A stretch of DNA of 64,000 nucleotides, from positions 3,680,001-3,744,000 of the forward strand of contig JASGHG010000001.1 of NCBI GenBank assembly GCA_047602425.1, written 5' to 3'. Under the pieces are notes generated by a model, which saw nothing but the letters and a program-made list of their open reading frames with translations, was not told the DNA's origin and ran no database searches. A program made the translations under genes and the position numbers. Shown piece after piece: positions 30,199 to 40,132 of this stretch. This DNA comes from Nibricoccus sp. Lineage in GTDB: Bacteria > Verrucomicrobiota > Verrucomicrobiia > Opitutales > Opitutaceae. Each line of letters begins with the position of its first letter. The first letter of the stretch is position 1.

Positions 30199-30735
30199 AT
30201 GCCGGCCGGGCTTTTCAATATCGGCTCACTGGCTGCGTGGAGTCATCTTATGGGAGTTACCTTATCATACATCACATCAATAAAGCCTTTCGCGCGAGAT
30301 CGCAAAAGCCCCGGGGGCGCCGTCTGGTGGCGGGTGGCTGGTTGGGGAGCCGCATGGCATGTTTGGGCGCGGCGCGGGGCGGCAGTGACAATCTCGGTTG
30401 CTGCGATGACGGTGTTGGCCGAAGAAGATGAACTCAAAATGGACCGGGATTATGCGAATGAACCCGAACTTGGAACTTTAGCCAAAGTGGAACCCAACGA
30501 CGGCTCTTCCAAGATGATGGATTTCGTATTGGCTGAGGTGCGCAAGCGTTTGGAGCCGAATCCGGAAACTGAAATCGTGGAATTGAAAATCGATCCCGAT
30601 TATCACGGGGCTAAAGACACGTATCTGGTCAATGCAGTGCTCGATGCCCACGGCCGCACGCTTACGGTGGGTGTATTGGTTACGGTCAGACAGACGAACG
30701 ACAGATTACAAGCTGACGTCGGATACATCCAGTGA
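30199..30735 (+). CDS. Hypothetical protein (start uncertain)
   Basis: C-terminal ~110 aa look globular; the N-terminal part is doubtful. Confidence 0.4.
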   Translation: MPAGLFNIGSLAAWSHLMGVTLSYITSIKPFARDRKSPGGAVWWRVAGWGAAWHVWARRGAAVTISVAAMTVLAEEDELKMDRDYANEPELGTLAKVEPNDGSSKMMDFVLAEVRKRLEPNPETEIVELKIDPDYHGAKDTYLVNAVLDAHGRTLTVGVLVTVRQTNDRLQADVGYIQ

Positions 30736-30859
30736 GTTGAAGTGGAGTGCGGGAACGCGCTGCGATTGTTCGCCGCATGAACGTCCCGTGAACAGCGGGT
30801 GGTTCTACCATCTCGAGTGGTGTCTTATACAGTCCACTCCTTTTCTCGGGAAGAAAATC

Positions 30860-32152
30860 TCAGCGTTTCGTTGATTTGCCCTCGACCACAAACGGCGCAA
30901 AGAGGGCGGATTGGGCAGCGGGAAAACGGCCATGGATCGAGACGCCGTCATCACGTTGCTCTTCGCTTTGAATGTGGCCGAGAGCGTGGAGCTTGGCGAT
31001 GACATCGTAGCGCGAATGGGGGACGAACAATTCGACGGATCCAAATTCGTGGGCGATCAACTCGGCGAAGCGACCTTGCAATGCTTCGATTCCTGAACCG
31101 GTATGGGCACTGACGAAGAAACCGTCGGCGGCGAGATGACGGGCTTGGGCGCGCATGGTTTCGTCGGCCGAGTCATCTTTGTTGAAGACGGTGACAATGG
31201 TTTGGCCGGTGGCGCCGAGTTCCTCAAGCACACTGAGCGTGGTGGCGTGGTGGTGGGCAAAGTTGGGATTGGTGACATCGATGACATGCACCAGAAAATC
31301 GGCGACGAGCACCTCTTCCAGCGTGGCTTTGAAGGCTTCGACAAGCCCATGGGGCAGGCGGCGGATGAAGCCCACGGTGTCGGTCACGAGGAGTTTCTGA
31401 CGGTTGGGTAGTTGGAGCTGGCGCGTGGTTGGGTCGAGCGTGGCGAAGAGTTTGTCTTCCGCGAGCACGCTGGCGCCGGTGAGACGGTTGAGGAGCGAGG
31501 ATTTTCCGGCGTTGGTGTAGCCGACGATCGCGGCGGTGGGAACTGGCACGCGCATGCGGCGCCGGCGCTGAGTGTCGCGTTGTTTGACGACCGTGGCGAG
31601 TTCGTCACGGAGGTGCACGATACGATCGGCCACGATACGACGGTCTTGTTCGAGTTGAGTTTCGCCTTCGCCGCCCATGGCGCCTTTGCCGCGCTGACGC
31701 GAAAGATGGGTCCACGCCCGAGTGAGACGCGGGAGGGAATATTCCATCCGGGCGAGGGCAACTTGAAGGACGGCTTCGCGGGTGTGGGCGCGGTCGGCGA
31801 AGATTTCGAGGATAACCTCCTGGCGGTCGATCACGACAAGGCCGGAGATTTCTTCCCAGTTGCGTTGTTGGGCGGGGGAAAGGGCTTCGTCAAAAATGAT
31901 GACGTCGGCACCGTCGGCTTTGGCGAGGGCGATGAGTTCCTCGGTTTTGCCGCTACCGAGCAGGGTGGCGGGCGTGGGCGAACGGAGATTGACGAGCGTG
32001 GTGCGCGCAACCGTCATGCGAAGATTTTCGACGAGCTCGGTGAGTTCTGAGAGAAGTTCGGCGCCTTCGCCGGGGGCCATCTTCGGAGTTTGTACGCCGA
32101 TGAGGAAGGCGCGTTCGCGTTTGTCGGAGCGGGTAACGAGGAAGTCGGCCAT
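30860..32152 (-). CDS. hflX: Ribosome-associated GTPase HflX
   Basis: GYTNAGKSS, LFATLDPT, DTVGFI, NKDD and GEGETQLE motifs. Confidence 0.96.
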   Translation of the reverse strand: MADFLVTRSDKRERAFLIGVQTPKMAPGEGAELLSELTELVENLRMTVARTTLVNLRSPTPATLLGSGKTEELIALAKADGADVIIFDEALSPAQQRNWEEISGLVVIDRQEVILEIFADRAHTREAVLQVALARMEYSLPRLTRAWTHLSRQRGKGAMGGEGETQLEQDRRIVADRIVHLRDELATVVKQRDTQRRRRMRVPVPTAAIVGYTNAGKSSLLNRLTGASVLAEDKLFATLDPTTRQLQLPNRQKLLVTDTVGFIRRLPHGLVEAFKATLEEVLVADFLVHVIDVTNPNFAHHHATTLSVLEELGATGQTIVTVFNKDDSADETMRAQARHLAADGFFVSAHTGSGIEALQGRFAELIAHEFGSVELFVPHSRYDVIAKLHALGHIQSEEQRDDGVSIHGRFPAAQSALFAPFVVEGKSTKR

Positions 32153-32273
32153 TAATGAAGGGCGGTCAACTTGTCGCGCACTCGCCGGAATGGCGAGAGG
32201 GAAACACGAACGATAACACGGTGCTACGACCGCGAAATAGGGCCGGGATTTTTGCTAAGCCCGCCCTGCAATC

Positions 32274-32349
32274 TTGTCATTTAATAGATGACAACGGATC
32301 AATTTCCGCGGGGGCAACATAACCATAAGTTTGTCATCTAATAGATGAC
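32274..32349. repeat. Two tandem palindromes GTCAT(C/T)TA-A-TAGATGAC
   Basis: Copies at 32274-32294 and 32333-32349, 57 bp apart. Confidence 0.75.
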
Positions 32350-32827
32350 GAGCAGTGTGGGATGTTGTGGTTTGAGTGCGGAAGAAAGGAGGATTGGGCG
32401 GGAATTCTGGTGGGCGAAGGGATTTTTGGGGATGGCGGCGCGCCGGGAATCGGTTGCGCGCGCACGAGTTTCTGGGCGTTACGTTACCTCGTGTTTTCAA
32501 TTGCTGGTGAGCATGGGCTGGGGCCGGCGGTGCAGGCGTGCGCTTGGGGATCTGCATGGGCCTTCAAATGGAAGGAGTGGGCTTAATCGAATTTTGGGGA
32601 CGGCGGGAGGTTGGATTGCAATGCGATTCTCAACATCACTGGTGCGGAAGAATGCGATTTTCGCGAAAGAGGTGCGGCGTGGTGGAGAGCGACTGGCGGG
32701 GGACGCAGGCGGTGGTGCGGTGTTAGCTGAAGGTTTTACGGTACAGCGGTGTGGCGGTTGACGCTGGGTAGAAAGAGTTGTTGGTTCTTGGCTCTCCAAT
32801 CGAAACCGCCTTTCAATTTTGCCTTCA

Positions 32828-34405
32828 ATGTCCGGCCAACCCAATGTCTTGATCGTCGATCGCGATGCCCATGCGGCGGTGACGGTGGAAGGATTGCTTA
32901 AGGCGGCGGGCTATGAGCAGGTGGTGATCGCGCCGGATGCCGGTCGGGCTCATGCGTGCGCGCGTCCGGACTTGATGTTGTTTGCGCTCGACGCGGCCCA
33001 TATGTCCGCGCAATTGGTGCAAGCGCGCGAGCTGCAAAAACGTTGGCAGACTCCGACAATCTTTGTCGTCGACGATGGCGTTCGCGCTGAGATGGAGAAA
33101 ACAGGTTTGGTTTCACCGTCGGGTTACGTGACAAAACCGGTGGCGGCGCACGCGTTGCGTGTGGCGACCGATGCCGCCCAGCGGTTGCATCAGGTGGAAG
33201 CGCGCCTGCGCCGGATCGAATCACGACTTCAAGAAGTGCAACGTTTGCAGAGCGTCGGTGTGGTGGCGGGCGGAATCGCGCACGAATTCAACAACCTTCT
33301 CACAGGCATCTACGGTGCTGTGGCCGTCTCCCGCAAGGAACTGCCGGGCGATTCTCCCGTGGCGCGTCGTCTCGACACGATCGAAGCAGCGGCCACGCGG
33401 GCGGCGGATCTGACCCAACGTTTGAGCGTGCCGGCGGGCGATGCTTCGGCCAGTCGCGTCTTGTTGTCGCTCAACGAACTCGTGGAAGAATCGCTGGCTT
33501 TGTTGCGCGCCGACTTCAAACGGAACGTGAACCTGCAAACGGGCTTGGCGGAAAATCTACCGGCGATCAAGGCGAGCGACGCGCAGTTGCGGCAGGTGGT
33601 GCTGAATTTGGTCACCAACGCGGCGGAAGCCATCGGAGACAAGGCTGGCTGTATTCGCGTGCTGACTTACAGCAAGACTTTCGCGGTGCCGTTCGCCCAG
33701 GACGAACAGGAACTGAAACCCGGCGACTATGCGGTGCTCGAAGTCGCGGACAACGGCTGCGGCATGGATGAGATTACGCGGAGCCGGATTTTCGATCCAC
33801 TGTTTAGCACCAAAAACGCGAATCGCGGGCTGGGCTTGGCCACGGTGGCCCGCATCGTCCGGCGTCATCGCGGCCTGGTGGCGGTGGAAAGTTTTCGCGG
33901 GCAGGGCTCTTGCTTTAAAGTTTTTCTTCCCATCCAGGCCGGCACCATCCCCGCGTTCGACACCGCGCCGGGTTTGCCGGGAAGCGTTGTTTCGTCACCG
34001 CCTGTCAAGCCGGCCGAACCATCCGGCAGCGTCAATGGCACGATCATGGTGGTTGACGACGATGAAGGCGTACGCGTGATGGCGAAGTGGATCATCGAGA
34101 AAGCCGGCGGTTCGGTGGTGCTGGCGCGCGATGGCGACGAAGCCTTGCGGATCTACAAGGAGAGCCCGCAGATGTATAAACTTTTGCTCCTCGACCTGAC
34201 GATGCCACGCATGGGCGGTCTGGAGACGATGCAAAAAGTGCGGGCAATCCGACCCGACCAGCAAATCGTCATCGTGACTGGGCACAACGAAGGAGTGATC
34301 TCCGACGAAGTGCCGGAAGGCGCGGTCGGCTTTATGCAGAAGCCTTTCAATCCCGACCGGCTGCGGACGGTGTTGCGCAAATACGCTTCGACAAACGGTG
34401 CGTAA
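32828..34405 (+). CDS. Cytoplasmic hybrid histidine kinase (pseudo-REC, HisKA, HATPase, REC)
   Basis: AGGIAHEFNNLL H-box, NLVTNA, DNGCGM, GLGL; C-terminal LLDLTMP...QKPF. Confidence 0.9.
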   Translation: MSGQPNVLIVDRDAHAAVTVEGLLKAAGYEQVVIAPDAGRAHACARPDLMLFALDAAHMSAQLVQARELQKRWQTPTIFVVDDGVRAEMEKTGLVSPSGYVTKPVAAHALRVATDAAQRLHQVEARLRRIESRLQEVQRLQSVGVVAGGIAHEFNNLLTGIYGAVAVSRKELPGDSPVARRLDTIEAAATRAADLTQRLSVPAGDASASRVLLSLNELVEESLALLRADFKRNVNLQTGLAENLPAIKASDAQLRQVVLNLVTNAAEAIGDKAGCIRVLTYSKTFAVPFAQDEQELKPGDYAVLEVADNGCGMDEITRSRIFDPLFSTKNANRGLGLATVARIVRRHRGLVAVESFRGQGSCFKVFLPIQAGTIPAFDTAPGLPGSVVSSPPVKPAEPSGSVNGTIMVVDDDEGVRVMAKWIIEKAGGSVVLARDGDEALRIYKESPQMYKLLLLDLTMPRMGGLETMQKVRAIRPDQQIVIVTGHNEGVISDEVPEGAVGFMQKPFNPDRLRTVLRKYASTNGA

Positions 34406-34484
34406 GGGAGTTTTGCGCGCAGGATGAATCGGGTTGCAGGACAGGGTTGCACCGCGGCGATTCGCCCACCACGTTTCCCGGCTC

Positions 34485-36293
34485 ATGGCCCTTTTTAGCC
34501 TTCTCGACGTCAATCTCTGCTTCGGTGGTCCCGCGATCCTTGAAAACGTAAACTTTCAGGTGAACGAGGGCGAACGCGTCTGTTTGCTCGGTCGTAATGG
34601 CGCCGGGAAATCCACGCTGATGCGTGTCATCGCGGGCGAAATGAAGCCCGATACCGGCGCGGTTTTCCGGCAGCCCGGCTCGTTGTTCACGCGGCTCACG
34701 CAGGAGATTCCCAACGACATCACCGGCAGCGTGCACGACGTGGTTTGGTCGGGGCTGCGCCCGCCGCACGACCACGAGGAAGATTGGGAACGCGAAATTC
34801 GCGTCGAGCAACTGCTCGAACGCCTCAAGCTCCCTGGCAACGTCGCCTTCACCGAACTTTCGGGCGGACTCAAGCGCCGCACGCTCCTTGCGCGGGCTCT
34901 TGCCGGCCAGCCCGATCTGCTACTGCTCGATGAACCGACCAATCATCTAGATCTAGAATCGATCCTCTGGCTCGAAGAGTTTCTACTCACTGCAAAAATC
35001 GCGCTCTTCTTTGTCACGCACGATCGCACGTTCCTGAAAAAACTCGCGACCCGCATCGTCGAACTTGACCGCGGACGGCTCGCGAGTTGGGCGTGCGACT
35101 ACGATACTTACTTGATGCGCAAGGAAGAGGTCATTGCCGCCGAGGAAAAACAACAGGCCGCCTTCGACAAAAAACTCGCACAGGAGGAAGTCTGGATTCG
35201 CAAAGGCGTAAAAGCCCAGCGTTCGCGCGCCCAAGGCCGTATTCACGCGCTGATGAAGATGCGCGAAGAACGCGCCGCCCGCCGCGATCGCACGGGCAAC
35301 GTGACCTTGAAACTCGCCGAGGCTGACCGTTCCGGCATGAAAGTGATCGACGTTGAAAATATGTCGTACGCCTGGTCAAACGGCGAAACGCTCGTGCGCG
35401 ATCTCACCACCACGATCATGCGCGGCGACAAGATCGGCATTATCGGTCCCAACGGCGCGGGTAAAACCACGCTAATCAAACTCCTCCTCGGACAGCTCGC
35501 ACCGACCAGTGGCACCGTGAAACACGGCACGAATCTCGAAATCGTCTACTTCGACCAGATGCGAGAACAGATCGACGACAACAAGACCGTGGCCGACAAC
35601 ATCGCGAATGGCAATGCGACGGTCACCATCGATGGCCGCACGCGGCATGTCATCAGCTACCTTGAGGATTTCCTCTTTTCACCGGTTCGGGCCCGCACGC
35701 CTGCGCGCGTGCTCTCCGGGGGCGAACGCAATCGTCTGCTCCTTGCGCGTCTGTTCACCAAGCCCGCCAACGTCCTTGTGCTCGACGAACCCACCAACGA
35801 TCTCGATCTCGAAACGCTCGATCTGCTGGAGGATCTGCTTGTCGAATACCAGGGCACGATGCTCCTCGTGAGTCACGACCGCGATTTCCTGGACAACGTC
35901 GTCACCAGCACGCTCGTTTTCGAAGGCAACGGCCAGATCGGCGACTACAACGGCGGCTATGCCGACTGGGTCCGCGATAAGGAAAAGCGCGCCATCGCCG
36001 CAGCACTTCGGGCCGAGGCTGAGAAAAACAAAAACGAACCAAAGCCCGTTGCCAAATCTTCCGCCAGAAAACTTACCAACAAAGAGCGCAAGGAACTGGA
36101 TGAATTGCCCGCCAGGATCGAAGCAATGGAAACCGAACAGGCGGAACTCACCGCGAAACTGGGCGATCCTGTCTTCTACAAGAATCAGGCCGCGCAATTT
36201 GCCGAAGTGAAGAAACGCCTCGATGTCCTGGAACACGAACATGCCACCGCCTTTGCGCGCTGGGAGGAACTTGAGGCACTGAAAAATTCCTGA
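34485..36293 (+). CDS. uup: ABC-F family ATPase Uup
   Basis: Two ABC domains (GRNGAGKST, GPNGAGKTT, LDEPTN twice), EEVWIRKG linker, C-terminal coiled coil ending RWEELE. Confidence 0.9.
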   Translation: MALFSLLDVNLCFGGPAILENVNFQVNEGERVCLLGRNGAGKSTLMRVIAGEMKPDTGAVFRQPGSLFTRLTQEIPNDITGSVHDVVWSGLRPPHDHEEDWEREIRVEQLLERLKLPGNVAFTELSGGLKRRTLLARALAGQPDLLLLDEPTNHLDLESILWLEEFLLTAKIALFFVTHDRTFLKKLATRIVELDRGRLASWACDYDTYLMRKEEVIAAEEKQQAAFDKKLAQEEVWIRKGVKAQRSRAQGRIHALMKMREERAARRDRTGNVTLKLAEADRSGMKVIDVENMSYAWSNGETLVRDLTTTIMRGDKIGIIGPNGAGKTTLIKLLLGQLAPTSGTVKHGTNLEIVYFDQMREQIDDNKTVADNIANGNATVTIDGRTRHVISYLEDFLFSPVRARTPARVLSGGERNRLLLARLFTKPANVLVLDEPTNDLDLETLDLLEDLLVEYQGTMLLVSHDRDFLDNVVTSTLVFEGNGQIGDYNGGYADWVRDKEKRAIAAALRAEAEKNKNEPKPVAKSSARKLTNKERKELDELPARIEAMETEQAELTAKLGDPVFYKNQAAQFAEVKKRLDVLEHEHATAFARWEELEALKNS

Positions 36294-36394
36294 GCGATGG
36301 CCGGGTGGTGTTTTTTAGTTTTTCTTAGGAGCCTGCTTGCCGGCGATTTTGTTTCGGATCGCCTGCAAGCGGACGTCCGCCTTTGCTAGGCGAT

Positions 36395-37390
36395 ATGAAT
36401 CGCACCGACCGGCTTGTCGCGATGGTGATGCACCTGCAAGGCAGGCGGGTGGTGCGCGCGGAGGAGTTGGCGGCGCACTTCGAGATCAATGTGCGCACGG
36501 TTTACCGCGACATCGCGTCGCTGGCCGAGTCCGGCGTGCCAATTTGTGGCGAAGCGGGCGTGGGTTACACCTTGATGAAGGGCTATCATCTGCCGCCGGT
36601 CATGCTGACGGCGGAGGAAGCCATGGCGCTTTTTGTCGGTGGCGAAATGGTCAAGCAATTCGCCGACGCCTCCCTGCGTGCGCCGATGGCATCCGCACTC
36701 GCGAAGCTCCGTTCGGTTCTGCCGCGTGAACGTCAGGACGATCTCGACCGGCTTTCCGAGGCGACGGCGATTTTTGGCGAGTCGCGGCTGCCATCCGGCC
36801 TCGATCAACGCATGCTGCTGCCAATCCAGCAGGCCATTGTCGCACGTCGTGTGTTGAAGATGACCTATCGTGCGAAAGCTCGCGACGACGACACGATTCG
36901 TGAAATCGAACCACTCGGCGTAACCTATCACAGTGGGGCGTGGTATCTGGTGGCGTGGTGCCGACTGCGGAAGGATTTTCGCTATTTCAAAATCGAGCGC
37001 ATGCGTGCCTTGGAAATGTTGACCGAACGCTTTGCGCCGCGCCCGGATTTTTCATTGCGTGAACATCTGAGGGCGTGGCGTGACTCCGCCGAGCGTTTTG
37101 TTGTGCGTGTCTGGTTTTCGCCCGACGCAGTGGAGCGGGCCAAACGCGAGAGCCACGCGGAGATCAAGGAGGAGTTGGCGGCTCGCGGTGGCTTCGATGT
37201 GACGATGGAAACGTATTCGCTCGAATGGTTCGCTCGGTGGATTTTATCGTTTGGAGCGGATGCGGAAGCGCTGGCGCCGGCGAAGTTGCGAACGCTGGTC
37301 GAGAGCGAGGCGAAGGCGTTGCTTTGGCGCTATTCGAAGGCGAAAGACCGCGAAGCTCCGCCAAAACGCAAGCGGTTGTCTAATGTGTGA
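36395..37390 (+). CDS. YafY-type HTH-WYL transcriptional regulator
   Basis: MNRTDRL, RTVYRDI, WYLVAWCRLR and RYFKIER. Confidence 0.92.
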   Translation: MNRTDRLVAMVMHLQGRRVVRAEELAAHFEINVRTVYRDIASLAESGVPICGEAGVGYTLMKGYHLPPVMLTAEEAMALFVGGEMVKQFADASLRAPMASALAKLRSVLPRERQDDLDRLSEATAIFGESRLPSGLDQRMLLPIQQAIVARRVLKMTYRAKARDDDTIREIEPLGVTYHSGAWYLVAWCRLRKDFRYFKIERMRALEMLTERFAPRPDFSLREHLRAWRDSAERFVVRVWFSPDAVERAKRESHAEIKEELAARGGFDVTMETYSLEWFARWILSFGADAEALAPAKLRTLVESEAKALLWRYSKAKDREAPPKRKRLSNV

Positions 37391-37398
37391 GGAAAATC

Positions 37399-37424
37399 GC
37401 TCCTGACATAATGTTGTCAGGAGC
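37399..37424. promoter_or_regulatory. Putative operator of the WYL regulator
   Basis: Perfect inverted repeat GCTCCTGACA-N6-TGTCAGGAGC between the regulator and the VOC genes. Confidence 0.65.
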
Positions 37425-37476
37425 TTGTGGTAGGTTGGGCGTGTCCGAAACAACAACCTTCATTCGTTGATACATC

Positions 37477-37848
37477 ATGACTCGCGTCACAGAAATTGCT
37501 TTCACCGGTTATCCGGTCACCGACCTCGCCGCCGCCCGTGCATTTTACGAGGGCGTTTTGCAGCTTAAAACTTCGTCCGTGTTCGATTGTGGTGCAGGTC
37601 AATGGATCGAGTACGACATCGGCCCCGGGACGCTTGCCATCACCAACATGTCGCCGGAGTGGAAGCCTTCTGCGAGCGGTCCATCCGTAGCGCTGGAGGT
37701 CGCGGATTTCAACGAAGCGATAGCGGCTTTGCGGGCGGCATCCGCGAAGTTTGTGCTCGAACCAATGGAGAGCCCGGTCTGCCAACTGGCGGTGGTGCTC
37801 GATCCGGCGGGTAACTCACTGACGATCCACAAACGCAAGGCTGGCTGA
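37477..37848 (+). CDS. VOC/glyoxalase family protein
   Basis: VTDLAAARAFYEGVL, LEVADF and DPAGN. Confidence 0.88.
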   Translation: MTRVTEIAFTGYPVTDLAAARAFYEGVLQLKTSSVFDCGAGQWIEYDIGPGTLAITNMSPEWKPSASGPSVALEVADFNEAIAALRAASAKFVLEPMESPVCQLAVVLDPAGNSLTIHKRKAG

Positions 37849-37882
37849 GTAAAACCATCAACAACCACCAAGGGAGGAAATC

Positions 37883-38332
37883 ATGAGCATGAACGCAAAA
37901 AATAGAACACGGTCCCAGGGGCTTTTTTCCTTCGGGCTGGTGACGGAAAAGTTTTTTGAAACGTGGGATTTTTATACGGAGATGCTGGGATTTCGTACGC
38001 TCGATGAAAACGAGACCTGTGTGTTGCTCATGCATCCTTCTGGCGTGCGACTGGAGGTTCTTAAGCACGAAACCAACGAGCGTGACGCGGAGCTGGTGAG
38101 CGCGACGGATGGCCGCGGTTTTTGGCTCAACTTGGAGGTTGATGATGTGGAGGCCGAGTATCGACGCCTCTGCGCCGGCGGCGTGCAACTGGTGCATCCG
38201 CCGGAAGAGCGAACCAGCGGACGCCGAACTTTCACCGTGCGGGATCCGAACGGCGTTCTGATCAGCATCGCCAATCGTTGGGAGACACCAGTTTCCCTCT
38301 GTCAATGCAGCGCCGAGGTAGGGAATTCTTGA
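37883..38332 (+). CDS. VOC/glyoxalase family protein
   Basis: DFYTEMLGF, LEVDDVEAEY and FTVRDPNG. Confidence 0.85.
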   Translation: MSMNAKNRTRSQGLFSFGLVTEKFFETWDFYTEMLGFRTLDENETCVLLMHPSGVRLEVLKHETNERDAELVSATDGRGFWLNLEVDDVEAEYRRLCAGGVQLVHPPEERTSGRRTFTVRDPNGVLISIANRWETPVSLCQCSAEVGNS

Positions 38333-38365
38333 TACAGGCTTCCAACGACGCCGTAGAAGCTTGTG

Positions 38366-38394
38366 AAAAGTGTCACGTATTACGTGACACTTTT
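38366..38394. repeat. Dispersed perfect palindrome AAAAGTGTCACGTA-T-TACGTGACACTTTT
   Basis: 14-bp arms between convergent genes. Confidence 0.8.
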
Positions 38395-38465
38395 TGGGGC
38401 ATCAAACATCAGAACGAGGGCCGCGGTTGGTGAGCTGAGGAAGCTATTGGCGATTTGACCGAGGT

Positions 38466-39899
38466 TCAGGCGGGCAAGATCAGTTTTGCTCTGCAACCTC
38501 CCTCCGGGCGGTTTTCCAAGGTGATTTCACCGTGGTGAAGATGGGCGATTTCGCGGACGAAGCTGAGGCCGAGGCCGGTACCTTTGGCGCCCGTGTCGGG
38601 GCGGGGGAGGGAATAGAAACGTTCGAAGACTTTGTCGCGGGCGTAGTCGGGAAGGCCGGGGCCGCTGTCTTCGATTTTGACGCTGGCTTGGTGGGCGTGG
38701 CTGGTTATAGTAAGGACAATTACGGAGCCGGGAGAGGAAAACTCGGCGGCATTTTGAAGGAGATTGGCGAGGGCCTGCTGGAGGAGAAAGCGCTCTCCTT
38801 GCACGGTGACCGGGGCGGAGGCTCGGAGATCGACCGTGAGGCGGCGGGTGTGGAGCGTACCGGCAAGGCTGTCGATTACAGTGCGGGCGAGGGCGGCGAA
38901 TTCGACGGATTCGGTGGGGCCGAGGCCCTTGCGGGCTTCGAGTGCGGAAAGTTGGAGGAGTTTGTCGATGAGCTGCTGGATGCGGGCGGATTCGCGCTGG
39001 ATATTGGCGAGGAACTTTTCGCGCTGGTCGGCGGGCATGCCGTGTTCCTGAAGAAGTTCGGCGGCACCGCGGATGGCGGAGAGCGGAGCTTTGATTTCGT
39101 GAGTGAGCGTCTGGGTGTAACGCTCGACGTATTGCTTACCTTCGAGGGCGTCGCGCATCTCGTCGAAAGCCGTTTGAAGCGTGGTGACTTCGCGGCCGGC
39201 GAGACGGGGAAGTTTGGCAGGTTTGCCATCGCGGACGGCGCGGGCATAAGTGGTGAGACGCTCGATGGGCGTAGTGAGCCAGACGGAGAAGGCGAAGCCG
39301 GTGAGAATCACCAAGGCGCCACCGCCAAAACCGGCCCAGAGAATACGACGTCGGGCGACGGCAACGAGTTCATTGATGTAGCGCGTGGGTTTGCCCACGG
39401 TGAGGCAGCCGATGATTTGATTATTTGCTCGTATCGGGGCCGCGACATGGATGACGAGGGAGGCATCGTTGTCGGGGTCTGCACGGCTGCCGCGAGCGCC
39501 ATATTCGCCGGCGAGCGTGAGACGAACATCGCGCCAGAGGGAATAATCGTGGCCCTCATGCAGGCCGCGATTGGAATCGTAAATGACGATGCCCTTGGCG
39601 TCGGTGACGTAGATGCGGAGATCGATATCCGTTTTGCGGAGGGAATAAATGAGCGCGTTGACGGTGCGTTCGTAAGCGGGGTCGAAGAGGCGGTGGAGAG
39701 CGTCGGGGACCAGACGGGCATCGGAGACGGCCTCGGCTTCGGCGGCGGCGGCGAAGAGATTGGCGGCATCGACGAGGGATTCCTCCATCGATTCGAGGTA
39801 GCGCGGGCGGACGGAGTTCATGGCCCAACCGATCAGGTACCAAACGCCACCGCCAACGAGGAGGAGGTAGACAAGGAAAATGCGGGTGCGAATGGCCAT
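38466..39899 (-). CDS. creC: Sensor histidine kinase CreC
   Basis: SMEESLVD, DVRLTLAGEYGAR, LEGKQYVERY and THEIKAPL. Confidence 0.9.
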   Translation of the reverse strand: MAIRTRIFLVYLLLVGGGVWYLIGWAMNSVRPRYLESMEESLVDAANLFAAAAEAEAVSDARLVPDALHRLFDPAYERTVNALIYSLRKTDIDLRIYVTDAKGIVIYDSNRGLHEGHDYSLWRDVRLTLAGEYGARGSRADPDNDASLVIHVAAPIRANNQIIGCLTVGKPTRYINELVAVARRRILWAGFGGGALVILTGFAFSVWLTTPIERLTTYARAVRDGKPAKLPRLAGREVTTLQTAFDEMRDALEGKQYVERYTQTLTHEIKAPLSAIRGAAELLQEHGMPADQREKFLANIQRESARIQQLIDKLLQLSALEARKGLGPTESVEFAALARTVIDSLAGTLHTRRLTVDLRASAPVTVQGERFLLQQALANLLQNAAEFSSPGSVIVLTITSHAHQASVKIEDSGPGLPDYARDKVFERFYSLPRPDTGAKGTGLGLSFVREIAHLHHGEITLENRPEGGCRAKLILPA

Positions 39900-39921
39900 G
39901 GGTTTAATCGGGTCGAGTTGG

Positions 39922-40112
39922 GCCACGGAGGGCACAGAGCTCGGACACAGAGGTCACGGAGGAAGGAGGGGACGCCTAGGTGTTTTGGCTGCGAATGGAG
40001 GAGGAATATGGTGAAGAAAAGAAAACGAGAAAGATAAGAGAAAAGATGCGACTAACGGTTCAATGAATTGTTCTCTGTGCTCTTCGTGTCCGAGCTCCGT
40101 GTCCCCTGTGGC
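39922..40112. repeat. Inverted pair of 40-bp CAC(A/G)GAG-rich REP-like elements
   Basis: 39922-39961 versus the reverse complement of 40073-40112: 31/40 identical. Confidence 0.75.
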
Positions 40113-40132
40113 GAGAAAAAGTCGTGCTTTTC

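Noticed and set aside
32274..32349. Mini CRISPR array
   Set aside because: Only two ~19-bp palindromes, no cas genes, and related copies are dispersed elsewhere.
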